A stretch of DNA of 64,000 nucleotides from Felis catus (Eukaryota), in assembly GCF_018350175.1 (NCBI RefSeq), contig NC_058368.1:214584001-214648000 (forward strand). Reading direction: 5' to 3'. The position numbers and the translations under genes are program-made. The notes under the pieces were generated by a model that saw only the letters and a program-made list of their open reading frames with translations, did no database searches and was not told the origin of the DNA. The stretch's first letter is position 1, and every line of letters begins with the position of its first letter. Below are positions 39,789 through 53,320 of the stretch, one piece after another.

Positions 39789-42414
39789 TAATGGACCTTC
39801 TGCATAACTATTATAAGTACTCAAAATGGAAAAATAGTTCTCAAGACATATTTCTAAGCATAAATAAGCAAGTTTCAGACCGTTGAGACAATATGATATT
39901 TATAAACTGTATGTTTTCATAGATACATATTATGTATAAAAGCACAGTAGAAAAGGATACCTGACAAAATCTCACCTCCCTCTCCCCCCTCCAAGAGCCC
40001 TTCAAAGCATCAATACAGCTCTTATAACCATCCAAGTCATTAGCAGTTATGTCTACACATCTGCTAGGGAAATAAAAAGTGACTTGGGTGAGGTAGCAGG
40101 GAGGAATATCTATTAAAGTTATACTTTTCATTTACTTTGACATAAACATGTACATATATGAATATGTGTGTGCCTTTCTAAAACTGGAGTAAGGCCAAGT
40201 TCTGTTGTTCCACTGAGAACAAAAATACATTCTGGAAAAATTTCAAATGTGCTCCTGCCAAATATGGCTTTCATCCTATTTTCAAACAAATATTGATGTC
40301 TTTTGCTAGCAGGATTCTTTAAAAGAGTAATGAAGCATAAATGTTTTTCTGTCACTAAAATTATGTGCCTCTTTGGGGGATATTTAGATTTTCGTAAGTT
40401 CCTTGGGATTTCTTAGCATTCATGATTTTGATGGGTATTTTTGAGTAATAGAACTGCTTCTTTAAATTCCTTCATCCATGTGGATATAATTAATACCATC
40501 ATTTGCTCTATGCCAGAATGCATGTTTTGTCTTCCTTCTTAGGCATAAGAGCTGGGCCATGTTTTGATTGCTTCTGCAGGAAGGTATAGCCAGCCTGGCA
40601 CCATTGATTCTAGTGCATTTTTTCTCCAGCCATGTCAATCATTTTGCTTAGACTAGAGGAGTCTCAGCAAGGTTTATGAAAAGCATGGACTCTCTGAAAG
40701 TGTGAGGGATGTACTGGAATGTAAGTTCCTGGAATGTCATCAGAAAAGGATTTGGGGGAAAACAAAGAAACTCTGGTATGTAAGATTTCAGAAGTCCAAG
40801 AGAATGAACATCTGTCTCTTGATGGTACCACATTTAGGACATTGCATTGAGACTTACTATTTGAGGTCCTAGGTAGCAAAAAAAGAAAATGTTCCACTTA
40901 AATATTTTTAACATTATTAATAAAATAAGTGTGTACTGACTTTTCAGCTTATAAAACTTTCACATTTATTTTGTTTTTATCTTTATGCAAAACTCACAAA
41001 ATAGTTCAATTTCTTTGTATCTTATTAGAGAAAGCTGATTCTTTCTCTAAAGATAATCAAACTTTCAAAATGACATGCCATCCTCCCCCAAGACTCTAAT
41101 ATTTCTGATAAATGAAGACAACTTTTAAAATTAAATCACTGCTTTCCTTATAACGATGTTACTTTGAGCAGAAACCTTTTAGGTTCACATGGACCTGTAA
41201 AGAACCCTGGCTTTAGAAAAAGAAGGTTTACCTTAATACTTTTCTATCACTAGCTGTAGACTTTGCAAATTAGTGTAACATTACCTTCCATTTAAAATCT
41301 TTTTCAACTATAAAATTTCCAAACTGTTTGTTTCTTTTTTTAGTAAAATTTTTTGATCGTAGATTATTCAGTCATCTTTTTAGAATATGTTTTAAGATAA
41401 CTCACTTTTTTCTTATTTTTTATGTCTAAAATGCAAATCTAGCTTTTTCTTATAAAATTTAGAAATGATATAATGCAAGAGAAAATATGTCAGTCAGAAT
41501 TCTATCATCTAGAATGAAAAGAAAAGTTAATATTTTGGTTTATATATTTCCAGAAATGTATGTAGATATACTTTTAAAACACAGGTGCTATGCAGAGTGT
41601 TTTATAACCCATTTTTTCAAGTAATTTTTGTGAGCATTTTCTAGGTTATTAGATGAATTTTAAAATATGACTTTAAAATTTCGTGGTGTTTTCTGGCATG
41701 CCACTATCAAAGTTATTTTATTTACTCCCTATTCCTTATCATTTAGATTGCATACTAATTTCGCTTTTAAAAACAGTGCTAAAATAAACATCTTTATATA
41801 GTCATCTTTTCCCACTTGTCTTATGTGTTTTTTATCAACAAACTTGGAAAAGTGTCATTCTGAAATAAAGACTTATATCCTGAAAGGACACCTTCAGCAT
41901 ATGGTCATATTTCCCCAGAAAGACTACTAATTTACACTGTCACCAGCAGATTTCTTCTAAAAATTTTTTTTGGAGGGGGGTAGAGTTGACACATAATATT
42001 ACATTAGTTTCAGGTGTACAACATAGAGATTCAGTTTCTCTATACATAATGCTATGCTCATCACAAGTTTAGCTACCATCTGTCACCATACAATGCTATC
42101 ACGGTATCATTGACGATATTCTCTATGCTGTGCCTTTCATTCCTTATTCATTCCATAACTAAAAGCCTGTATCTCCCATTCCCCTTCACTCATTTTGCCT
42201 ATTCTCCCATTCCTCTTCCCTCTGGTGGCTTTGAGTTTGCTTTCTGTATTTATAGGTCTGATTCTGCTTTTTGTTTGTTTATTCATTTGTTTTGTTTTCT
42301 AGATTCCACATATGAGTGAAATCATTTAGTATTTGTGTTTTTCAGTCTGACTTCTTTCATTTAGCATAATACCCAATAGGTCTATCTATGTTGTTGCAAA
42401 TGGAAACATCTCAT

Positions 42415-42545
42415 CTTTTTTATGTTATTTATTTACTTTGAGAAAAAACATGCACATGAGCCAGGGAGGGGCAGAGAGAGAGGGAGAGAGGATCTCAAGC
42501 AGGCTCCTGCTGTTAACATAGAGCCGACACGGGGCTCGATTCTTT
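42415..42545 (-). mobile_element. 5'-truncated CanSINE within L1
   Basis: Tail and CT tract present (ggggcagagagagagggagag..caagcaggctcc); head missing. Confidence 0.85.
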
Positions 42546-42560
42546 ATGGATGCATAATAT

Positions 42561-42562
<2 letters not shown>

Positions 42563-42598
<36 letters not shown>
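42563..42598. repeat. (GT)18 perfect microsatellite
   Basis: Direct reading. Confidence 0.95.
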
Positions 42599-42600
<2 letters not shown>

Positions 42601-45600
42601 ACATCTTCCTTTTTCATTTGTCTGTTGATGGACATTTAGTTTGCTTCCATATCTTGGCATTGTAACTAATGCTGCAGTAAACATAGGCGTACATATATCT
42701 TTTCAAATTGGTGTTTTCGTTTTCTTTGGATAAATACCCAGTAGTAGAATTATTTGATCATGTAGTATTTCTATTTTTAATTTTTTTGAGAAGTCTCCAT
42801 ACTGTTTTCCATAGTGGCTATGTCAGTTTACATTCCCACCAACAGTACATGAGCGTTTCTCTTTCTCCACGTCCTTGCTAACACTTGTTATTTTTTTTTA
42901 ATTTCAGCCATTCTGACAGGTGTAAGGTGATATCTCATTGTGGTTTTTGATTTGCATTTCCCTGATGATTGGTGATGTTGAGCATCTTTGCATGTGTCTG
43001 TTGGCCGTTTGTATGTCTTCTTTGAAAAAATGTCTATTCAGGTCATCTACCCATTTTTTAATAGAATTTATTTTAGCTTTTATGATGTTGAGTTGTTTAA
43101 GTTCTATATGTATATTTTGGATATTAACCCCTTATCTGATATATCATTTGCAAATATCTTCTCCTATTTCATAGGTTGCCTTTTGATTTTGTTGATGGCT
43201 TCCTTCACTATGCAAAATCTTTGTTTAAAGGAGCCCCTTAGTGAAGGAGCTTCCTTCACTATGCAAAATCTTTGTTTAAAGGAGCCCCAACAGTTAATTT
43301 TTGCTTTTGTTTCCCTTGCCTTACAAGCCATACCTGGAAAAATGTTGCTACAGCTAATGTCAGAGAAGTTACTGCCTGTGTTCTCTTTTTGGGTTTTTTA
43401 TGGTTTCAGGTTCACATTTAGGTCTTTAATCCATTTTGAGTTAATTTTTATGTATGGTTTCACCAACAGATTTAAGTACCAATATGCACTCACCCACAAC
43501 TATATTGGTATAAACATATTTAAAAAAATCTTTGCCAGTTTTTAAGTGAATAAATGAACAGCATTGTTACTTTAATTATATTTCTTTGATTTATGTTGAA
43601 GTACAGTATAACATATTATACTAAAATGAGCCTTAATTATGCATTCTTCACTGTTATAAGAGTTAGACTCATTCTTTTTGGTATTTCGGTTGGTATAAAT
43701 TTTGAAGTATGTATTGTTACAGGAGAAAGGAAGAGCTGAATTTCACAAGAAAGAACAAGTTGCATTAAGTTATAGGTAGAATTGATGAGACTTGAGGGAA
43801 TGTAGTAAGTGTGATAGCTGCAATCCTCAGGAACTTGAAGAAATGTGATTGATGTCCTGAATGGATAAATAAATACTGAAGAACATGAAGAACTTGTCAT
43901 CTGAGAAAGAGGGAATTATCTTTTTTAGAGAAAAAACACTTTTAAATTGGAATGATCACTTCATGTGACATCTTCTCGGTGAAGTAGAGGTGAAAGAATC
44001 TTTTGAAAGCAAAGATTTGAATCTGAGGAAAAGTGAAAGGTGCACCAGACTTTCAAGTTGAGAAGTTCAAAAACAAGTACTTCCACAGTGTTACAGAAAT
44101 TCTACAAAATGTCGGTAAAATATGACAGGAAGTGGAGGGGGTGTGAAACAAACACAAAGGGAGTATAACAATAATCCTTAATTTATTTAATGTAGTCGTT
44201 TTTGTAGATATGATAAGGACTTGAAAGCTGTGAATCCTCTCCTTAGATAAGTGTGTATTCATCATATTTTACAAACAATTTTAGCTAGTAAGATAATTCT
44301 CCATGGAATTATGGATCTTTACTCATTAAGGGGATATATAAGACTTCCAACCTGGGGCTGCTCTACATCTTGATGGAAAATGGAATCTTCAGAAACATGA
44401 TAATGTCACCATAGTGGCTTGTAGGTTTAAATATTTTTAAAAAGGTAAGAATAAATGGCAAGGCATAGAAACTCATTTACTTTCTTTGGTTATTACTTTG
44501 TTCTTCTACTGTTCTCAGACTCATCTTTGGTGAATCTCCTTTCTTTTCCCTTCATATCTAAACTTCTAATGAATGCAGGTATGTTCCTTGGTTGGTAATT
44601 GCCTTTACCCTTGAAAATTAGGCATGAACTAGGTAGGATGCTTGAAAATGAGAGATGGAATAGTTTTTTTCAGGGTGGCTTCTACTAGAGACCTTAAGCC
44701 AAAAGTCCAAAAATGAGTTGTTTAGTTTCATCCACGATCTCACCCATGTTCCTTTAGAAGGGCAAAAGCCAGGTCTACTGCAACAAATAAAGGGACTACA
44801 TGCGACTCATATACAGTTACTTCAATCTGCAAAGATTGCATTGAGAATTGGTAAAGAACATGACTCATATGTGAATTTCATTCATGATAAATCCCTTCTC
44901 TTCATAAAGAATTGAAAGGAAATTAACTCCTCATGGTATTTACTGAAAATGTTTATGTCTTGTCTAAGGTTATGTTTATCCAACTGAGAAAGAGCAGAGT
45001 ATGTTATTTTCTGCTATACTAATGCCAATATTAATGTCAGTGTGGATTTTTTTCATGGTTGATTTGATCATTTCTTTGGAGATGGGCCATTTGTATAAAA
45101 TGATAACAGACAAGTGGAATCAATTCTAGTGTATTGACAAGATTTATTGTCTTCTCAGAAATCATTTGAAAAGAAAGACATGTGAATTTTGCTTAGGAGA
45201 AAACTGATTTTGGTTATAAAAGTCCTTATGCTCTTTGAGTCACCTGCCAGAAACATTTGTATCATTAAGAATGTATTTTATGTGTAACATGATTTGAGTA
45301 TTACAGGTATAACCTGGGTTTATAGAAATCCAGGTTAAAATAGATTTCAGATAACAAAAGTAACAAAAAGAAAACAAACATATGAAATTATAATCATGGA
45401 AAAGTTATAACTGAAATAATGTTGAGTATTTAGGCACTAGACATTCAGTACTGAATCGTATGAGCATTGTACTTTGACAGAAATTAAAACAACTAGATGG
45501 AATCCATTAAAGATGCAGATGCAGGTAAAGTCACCTATCTCAACCCTGTATAAACAGATACATATGACAATCGGAAAAAAAAAGCTGGTACAGCAAAATT

Positions 45601-45646
45601 GATAGAAAGGCTGAAGCTTGCAGTGCATCTATAGAAATGATATCTG

Positions 45647-46509
45647 AGGATACTACAAGAAGATATAACAATTTTTAATATTTATGCATCCAACATGGGA
45701 CATCCAAATATGTAAAACAGTTAATAACAAGAATAAGGGAACTGATTGATAGTAATTCAATAATAGTAGGGGACTTGAACACATCACTTACATCAAGGAA
45801 CAGATCCTCTAAACAGAAAATCAACAAGAAAACAGTGGTTTGGGTTTTTTTTAAGAAATTTTCTTTAATGTTTTCATTTATTTTTCAAAGAGAGGGAGAG
45901 AGACACACACACAGAGTGAGTGGGAGAGGGACAGAGAGAGAGGGAGACACAGAATCTGAAGCAGGCTCCAGGCTCTGAGCTGTCAGCACAGAGCCCGACA
46001 TGGGGCTCAAACTCACAAACCATGAGATCATGACCTGAGCCGAAGTCGGACACTCAACTGACTGAGCCATCCAGGTGCCCCAGAAAACAGTGGTTTTGAA
46101 TGACATGCTGGACCAGATGGATTTAACAGATATATTCAGAACATTCTACCCTAAAACATCAGAATACACATTCTTTTAAAGTGCACAAAGAACATTCTTA
46201 AGATTAGATGACATATTAAGCCACAAAAAAGTCTCAACAAATTCAAAAAAATAGAAGTTATACCATGCATCTTGTCTGAGCACAACACTATAAAGCTAGC
46301 ATTCAACCACAAGAAAAAAATCTGTAAAAAGCACAAATATAAAGAGGTTAAATAACATGCTTCTAAACAATGAATGGATCAACCAAGAATCAAAGAAATA
46401 AAAAATTATGTGGAGAAAAATGAAAATGAAAACACAACTGCCAAAATCTTTGGGATGCAACAAAAGAGGGAGTAAGAGGGAAGTTTATAGCAATGCAGGC
46501 CTACCTCAA
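45647..46509 (+). mobile_element. L1 ORF2 endonuclease-region segment (about codons 100-300), part of a rearranged L1
   Basis: DNA encodes decayed [29 protein letters not shown] and IAMQAYL. Confidence 0.92.
45842..46081 (-). mobile_element. CanSINE
   Basis: Perfect TSD agaaaacagtggttt at 45827-45841 and 46082-46096. Confidence 0.96.
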
Positions 46510-46528
46510 TTTTTGATTTTTTTCTTTG

Positions 46529-49454
46529 ATATTTACAATTGTTATGTCTTCTTGTTGGATTGTCCCCTATGTTATTAGTATCCTTCTTTGTCTCTTGTTG
46601 CAGTCTTTGTTTTAAAGTCAATTTTGTCCAATATAAGTATTGTCACCCTGGCCTTCTTTTGACATCCACTTGCATGATTAATGTTTCTCTACATCCTCAC
46701 TTTTGGTCTGCATGTGTTTTTATGTCTGAAATGAGTCTTTTACACACAGCATATGGATGGGTCTTTTTTTAATTATTCATTCTGTTATCCTATGTCTTTT
46801 GAGTGAAGCATTTAGTCCATTTACAGTCAAAGTAATTATTAGTAGGTATGTATTTATTGCCATTTTATCACTTATTTTGTGGCTGTTTTTGTAGTTTTTC
46901 TCTGACTCTTTATCCTCTTGACCTCTTTCATAATTTGCTGGCTCTCTTTAGTGGTATACATGGTTTCCTTCCTGTTTACTCTTTGCATGTCTATTACTGG
47001 TTTTTGATTTGTGTTACCCCATTAGGTCCATATATAACATCTTCTGAATATAGCAGCCTGTACTAAGCTAATGGTGGCTTGAGTTTGAACCCATTCTTTA
47101 CTCCTCTCCCCTCCATGTCTTAGGTAAATAGTGTCATATTTCACATCCTTTTATTTTGTGACTCCCTTGACTGATTTTTATAGATATACTTCTTTTTACT
47201 GCTTTTGTGTTTCCTATTCTTCATACTCCTACTTAATTTTTTCTTTCCACTGAAAGAGTCCCCCTTAACATTTCTTTTAGGGCTAATTTAGGGGTTATGA
47301 ACTCCTTTAGCCTTCATTTGTGAAACTCTTTATCTCTTCTATGCTGAATGATAGTCTTGCTGGATAGAATTTTCTTGGCTATAGATTTTTCCCATTCAGC
47401 ATTTATCATGCCACTCCCTTCTGGCCTTCAAAGTTTCTGCTGAAAAACCTCCTGATAACCTAATGGGGTTTCCCTTGTATGCGCCTGTCTTATATTCTGT
47501 AGCTGTTTTTGTTGAATTATTTTTTTTTTGGTTATTTTATTTTATTTTATTTTACTTTTATTCCAGTACAGTTAGCATATAGCTGATTTTAATTTTTAAA
47601 AAAATTCTCTCTTTATTGCTACTTTTTGCCATTTTACTTACTATGGGTCTGGGTGTACACCTCCTTGGGTTGATGTTGTTGGGGGATCTCTGTGCCTCCT
47701 GGATTTGGATATCTGTTTCCTTCCCCAGATTAGAGAAGTTTTCAGCTATTATTCAAATGAATATTCTGCCCCCCACCTCTTACCCTCTCTTCTCCTTCTG
47801 GCATTCCTGTAATGAGAATGTTATTACACTTGATGGAGATACTGAGTTCCCTAAGTCTGTTCTCATTTTGCATAATTTTTTTCTCTCACCTGCTAAGCCT
47901 GATTACTCTTCATTACTCTGTCTTCCAGGTCACAGATTTGTTCCTCTGATTCCTCTAGCCTGCTATTTATTCCATCTAATGTATTCTTAATTTCATTTAA
48001 TGTATTTTTCATCTCTGATTGGCTCCTTTTTATCTCTTTGTTAGGGGTGTCATTGATGTCCTTCACTCTTTTCTCAAGTCCAGTGAGTATCTTTATATTT
48101 ATTACTTTAAATTCTCTATCAGGTGTGTTACTTATATCTGTTTCATTTATATTTCTAGCTGTGGCTTTGTCCTATTCTTTTATTTGGGACAAATTACTCT
48201 GTCTTTTCATTTTGTCTAAGTCTCTGTGCCTGCTTCTCTGTGTCAGGAAAGTCACCTATGTCTTCTGCTCTTGAAAGGAACGACCTTATGAAGAATAGGT
48301 CCTGTAGTGTCCTACAGTGCAGTATCCCCTGTTCCCTAGAATGTGGCATCTCAGGGGGTGTCTCCTATGTGTGTTGCATGAATCCTGCAATTTTGTTCTG
48401 GCCACTTTTTTCTTCAGTCCAGTTGTCTGCAGCGGCTCTCTTTGCCTGCTGTGGGCAGTGTTTGGTCCCTGGCCAGGGTGGGGCACGCAGTTATAACAAG
48501 GTGCAAGCGTGTCTGCTTGTAAAATGAAAACTGCCATAGCCACCATTACGACCTGGGCCATGTGGGCAGGGTGTGCACCTCATCCTTTGCAGGGGCCACC
48601 ACCATGGCCAGCAGGATGGAGACTCTGCAAAACACACAGGTGCGGGACTGCAATGTTGGGAAGGTTTGTGCCAGTCTTCTGAGTGTGGGGAGTGATCCAC
48701 AAAGCTGGGACTGAGGAAAGCATGGCTGCAAAGGGAAGATCCAACATAGGGCAGTGGGGGCAGGGCTTGGCGTAAGCAAGTTAGGTAGTGAATATCAGCA
48801 CTATGCTGGTTTCTTCAAGTGGCTATGTGTTTGTGCTGGGGGACAGGGGAGGGAGATAGCACCTGCCAGCTCCTTTGTTTTTGAAGGATTCTCTGTCTAG
48901 GACACACTCTGGATTGAGTAAACTACTCTCCCTCTTGTATGTCCCAGGCATTTTTGAAACTGTTTCTTCTACACTGTATCTCCTCTGGCTATTTGTTTTG
49001 CTGTCTTTATAAAAGCAGGACTTGGCTTCCTATTGCTCTCCAGGCTCTCCCAGAACCACGCCTGCTGATTTGTAAAATTCCAGGCTTTAAGTCCCTCTGG
49101 TTATAAGAACTCAGGAAATTTGGCCCCTCTCACTTTCAATGCCAGATGCTATGGGGATTCATTTTTCTATCTGGGCTCCCAGATGTGATAGTTGTTTCTC
49201 ACCTTTCGCTGTGTCTGCAACTCCCCTCCACCATCCCCCACCAATTGCATATGGCCGTAGTCTTGTTTGCTTCCCACCACATCTCTGCTCTTCCTACCCT
49301 CTTAGTTGTGGCCTCTTTTCTACCATTAGTTGTGGAGTTTTTTCTGACAGTCTTTGGGTCATTTTCTGGGTTATTTATGCTGATGTGTTACCTAGTTGTA
49401 TACATGGAATGAGGTTACCTTGGGTTTCTCTTACTCTGCCATCTTCCCAGCCTC
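46529..49454 (-). mobile_element. L1 5' portion (5'UTR, decayed ORF1, start of ORF2 EN)
   Basis: 5' end GAAGATGGC at 49438-49446. ORF1-like DNA at ~47260-48140; EN start DNA at 46529-46850. Confidence 0.9.
47511..47579 (-). mobile_element. Tiny L1 3'-terminal insertion (~25 bp plus A-tail)
   Basis: T-rich tail followed by attccagtacagttagcata (L1 extreme 3' end). Flanked by tagctgNtttt repeats at 47500 and 47580. Confidence 0.6.
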
Positions 49455-49529
49455 TAAGTCAAGAGCACCATTATCTTGATGGGCACTGAGTAATATACGG
49501 AACTATTAAATCATTATATTAAAAAAAAA
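49455..49529 (+). mobile_element. L1 3'-end fragment with A-run
   Basis: ttatcttgatgggcactgagtaatatacggaactattaaatcattatatt matches recalled L1_Carn 3' ends. Confidence 0.7.
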
Positions 49530-49532
49530 GAA

Positions 49533-49630
49533 GGATTCCTGGTTGGCTCTTCTGTAGAGTATGAGACTTTTGATCTTGGGGTTGTGGTTTGAGCCCCACT
49601 GGGCATAGAGATTACTTAAAAAAATAATTG
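49533..49630 (+). mobile_element. Short tRNA-like SINE (SINEC_old type)
   Basis: cctggttggctc..gtagagtatgagacttttgatcttggggttgtggtttgagccccac..tagagattacttaaaaaa. Confidence 0.8.
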
Positions 49631-51153
49631 AAAAAGCCTATAAATGATATCTGCATTAATATAATACCACAGGGAGAGTGATTAATTTTTTTTACCACAA
49701 CAATTTTGTATTTTAATTATGCCTAGTTTATAACTGAAAACATATATTATTAGAAAAATCACTTACAATCCCTGCTTCACATCAATGCATCTAGTATTCC
49801 CAACATAAAAAATTTGGTGATAAAAATTTAATTGTAAGTCACTTATATAATATCTTTGGAATTTTTTGACAACTTCAAAGACTAATCAAAAAAAATTATA
49901 GAACAAAAGAAAATAGGGATTGTGGCAATGACACAAACATAGCAAAATCAAGATGGGGGGCTATATATTTAAGATATGTATGTGTGTGTATGTATATATA
50001 CCTCTATATTCTTTTGCTGGCTTTTAAGTTTTGATGAAACTAAAAACTTTAACTCAGTGTTTAATTAACAATCCAAAAAAAGGTTATTTGCCCCATGAGC
50101 GAGAAACATGTGCTATAGAGGCTGACGGATGCTAAGGCAGTTACAGTATTGGGAGATGGGAGACTCCTCTAATGGGCAACTTTGGCTTGAGGTCAAACTT
50201 TGTCAAACTTTCTTAAAACCCCCATGCTGTCTACAATCCTCATACCCAGCTTTTCATTCTTTCCTCTCCCCTCACCGGGGGCAGACTTGCATCATGTTCT
50301 GTCAGCTCTCTCAGCCACTCCAACTTCTTTCTGAATTTCCCTCATAGATGTTAACCCTAATAAATTTTTACACAGCTAATTCTATCTTGGTATCATGTGC
50401 TTCTCACAGTATCCAAATAACACATGTGGTATCAGGAGCTATCCAACAAAACAAGCAATAAGACATAGACTTAGGACTGGATTATTCGTTGCCTGGTGGG
50501 TGAAGAGGACATTGTCCTGTTTGGTAGGTGAGGCAACAATACTCCTTTGTACAATCTGTATTAACTGCTCAAGATTACACTGATGGTGAATTTTATTCGT
50601 AATGACAGGAAAATGTCAGGGTGGAGGTGAATGCTGTGACAGGGTTTAAGGATTCAGGCATTTGAAAGTTTTGAGTTAACAGTGCTTACAAAGATAGTGG
50701 AGTTGGATGGTTACTTCCAAGTTGTATTGATGCCCACCAGAGAGATAGAAAGGGACTGAGGGCTATCAACAAACTTTGGTATCTTATAAAGAGGTCCTTA
50801 TCCCTTGTGGTGAAAACACAGACAGAACTGTGCAGCAGGCTAAAGATCTAACACAGTTGCAAAGCTCCAATGGTATTTGAATGATCACCCAATTCTCTGC
50901 TTTGTTATGGCAAGGTCAGGATGCTGGTTGGGAAAATTGGGGATGCCGAAACATAGAATGGGACTGTCTTGACCAAGGCCCCCGAGGATGTGTCTGCTTT
51001 TGCCCACAAGCAATTTGGGATTCAGAAGTAGACTATCCTTCCTGAGAAAGAGCTATCATTTTTACTGTAGGTCTTGTGTTGGGCTGTGGTGTAGCGGCAC
51101 AGCAGTGCTCTCCACCACCAGCAGTTGCTTGATCAAGTGATGGCTGGTGGTAG

Positions 51154-51529
<376 letters not shown>

Positions 51530-51624
51530 TGAGACCACATTTAGCATTGCCATTCTCATCTGACCCAGCCAGAATCCTCTTTCTTACCACCTGCCTCAGT
51601 GTCCACATAAATGTGTGAGGGCAT

Positions 51625-51730
51625 GAATGAGTGAGTGAGTGTGTGTGTGTGTGTGTATGTATGTGAGTGTGTGTGCATGTATGCTTATGCATATGTGTGA
51701 AGGGAATAGTGCGTATATGTGAGTGTGTTC
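51625..51730. repeat. (TGAG)/(TG)n simple repeat in the retrocopy 3'UTR
   Basis: Direct reading. Confidence 0.85.
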
Positions 51731-52039
51731 CCAGAACTGTATAGCCCTTCTTTGGGATTGAATGATGTGTGATTAAGAGCTGATGTATACCTACACATCC
51801 ACACCTTGAGAAGAGAAATGTGTGTCTCTTTAGAATTCTGTGTTTGTGTCCACAGAACAGTCAGAGTCTGTCTATATCTGGGATCACTAGGCCAAGAGGT
51901 GTCTGGCATCTCTGAAGATACTGGACCCCTATTGCCAGAACCCCTTAAACCTAACCCCATCCTGTAACATCTGTTAGGAATTTCCATAAGAGTGACTCTT
52001 GGCCACCCCAGAGATTGCACCAGTGACCCTTTATTGAGG

Positions 52040-52284
52040 AGAGCAACTGGTAGCAAAGTGGAAAGAACATGGGCTCTGGAATGTGACAGATCTGGATTGA
52101 GATTCCCCCTCTACCACTTACCAGCTAGGGAACTTGGGAACATGGTTTAACCTCTCTGATCCTTACTTTCTTGAAGGTCACAATTGTAGTCATGGTCATG
52201 TTAATTGATTGGTGAGGATGCAATGACACCAAGTATGGAAGGATTGGGCACATGACAGATGTGTAATAACAGTGGTGGCTGCTG
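52040..52284 (+). mobile_element. MIR, at the 3' end of the TMEM125 retrocopy
   Basis: gtggaaagaacatgggctctggaatgtgacagatctgg...ctctaccacttaccagct...ttaacctctctga...gggcacat. Confidence 0.85.
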
Positions 52285-53320
52285 AAACAAAATAAAACAA
52301 ACAAAATCTCTCTTCCCAAGGAAACAGGTGATCCTCTCAGGAGCTTCCCTCTTCTCTACTTCTGGCTGCAGGCTGCTAAGTCCCAGAATGACCATATTGG
52401 TTCTGATAAAGAAGGAAGTAGACTTCATACACCAAATTAGTTGAAAGAATTAGCTAAGAATTAGCTGGTTTAAGCCAGGAGAATACCTCTGTGATGGAAT
52501 TTTGAAGGTGCTTCATGAAAGATACCAGAATGTAAACTCATGTAAGCAAGTATTCTTGATGTGGCACAACTGATTTTCTTTGGAACAAGGTATATTCCAG
52601 CAAGGACGCTAGGAGATGGGGCAAACTTGCTGCTGGGGTGACTCTTGGAGACCTTGAAAAAGTGATGTTCAGAACTAAGTGAGGCAGGAATGCCTGGGTT
52701 GCCGTACAAAGAAGCCAAGGGAAGCAGGCATGCTGGAGTGGATATATTATATGAGGTCAGAAGATCCAGCAGACTGTTATGTTCCACAGGAGGACCCAGA
52801 AGTCACATTATTCCCCAAGGCCATCATGAATGTGCTGGTGAGAGAGATACCAGCATCAGAAAATCAGTGGTGGTCTCCTCTGTAAGGGCTTACAGTAGGG
52901 GAAGCCTATAAAGTCTTCAGAAACCAAGCAACACAGCCAGATGCCAGGAGCCACAATTACCCTAAAGATTGGCAAGGTCAAAGGGGCAGTCAAATGAGCT
53001 TGACCTAAAGGCCAATGTGAAGATGATTAATAGAACTTTGCATCCCTGGGAGCAAGAGTGCTGTTCAATAGCTGTAACAACAATAGTGCAAAGGCAAAGG
53101 TGGAAGCTGGGGATGATCACCCCGATCAAAAGTAACAGTTTCTTGTTCATTTCCTACATTTGAGTCAATTTTCAGATGCAGTACATCCAGTGGGCATGAC
53201 TCACAATGAAAGAAGTAAAGCAGTCAACAGTGGGATCTACTGGTTATGTCACATAGTGCATAATCTCAAACCAACCAGCCTCACAGAACTCTGGAATAGC
53301 CTCTAAAAATCCAGCTAAAG

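Larger units (their letters stand above)
41954..43459 (-). mobile_element. 5'-truncated L1 (L1MA9/L1_Carn-like), nested in an older L1M relic
   Basis: 3' end gttgacacataatattacattagtttcaggtgtacaacatag plus ORF2 C-terminal DNA. TSD tcaccarcagattt at 41940-41953 and 43460-43473. Flanks read as one older minus-strand L1. Confidence 0.92.

Noticed and set aside
42988..43545. 185-aa plus-strand ORF with a repeated peptide
   Set aside because: Antisense to an L1 relic; the repeat comes from the 40-bp DNA duplication, which adds 51 nt in frame.
49533..49630. tRNA-like sequence
   Set aside because: Decayed A/B boxes, no intact cloverleaf, SINE-type tail; a SINE rather than a tRNA gene.
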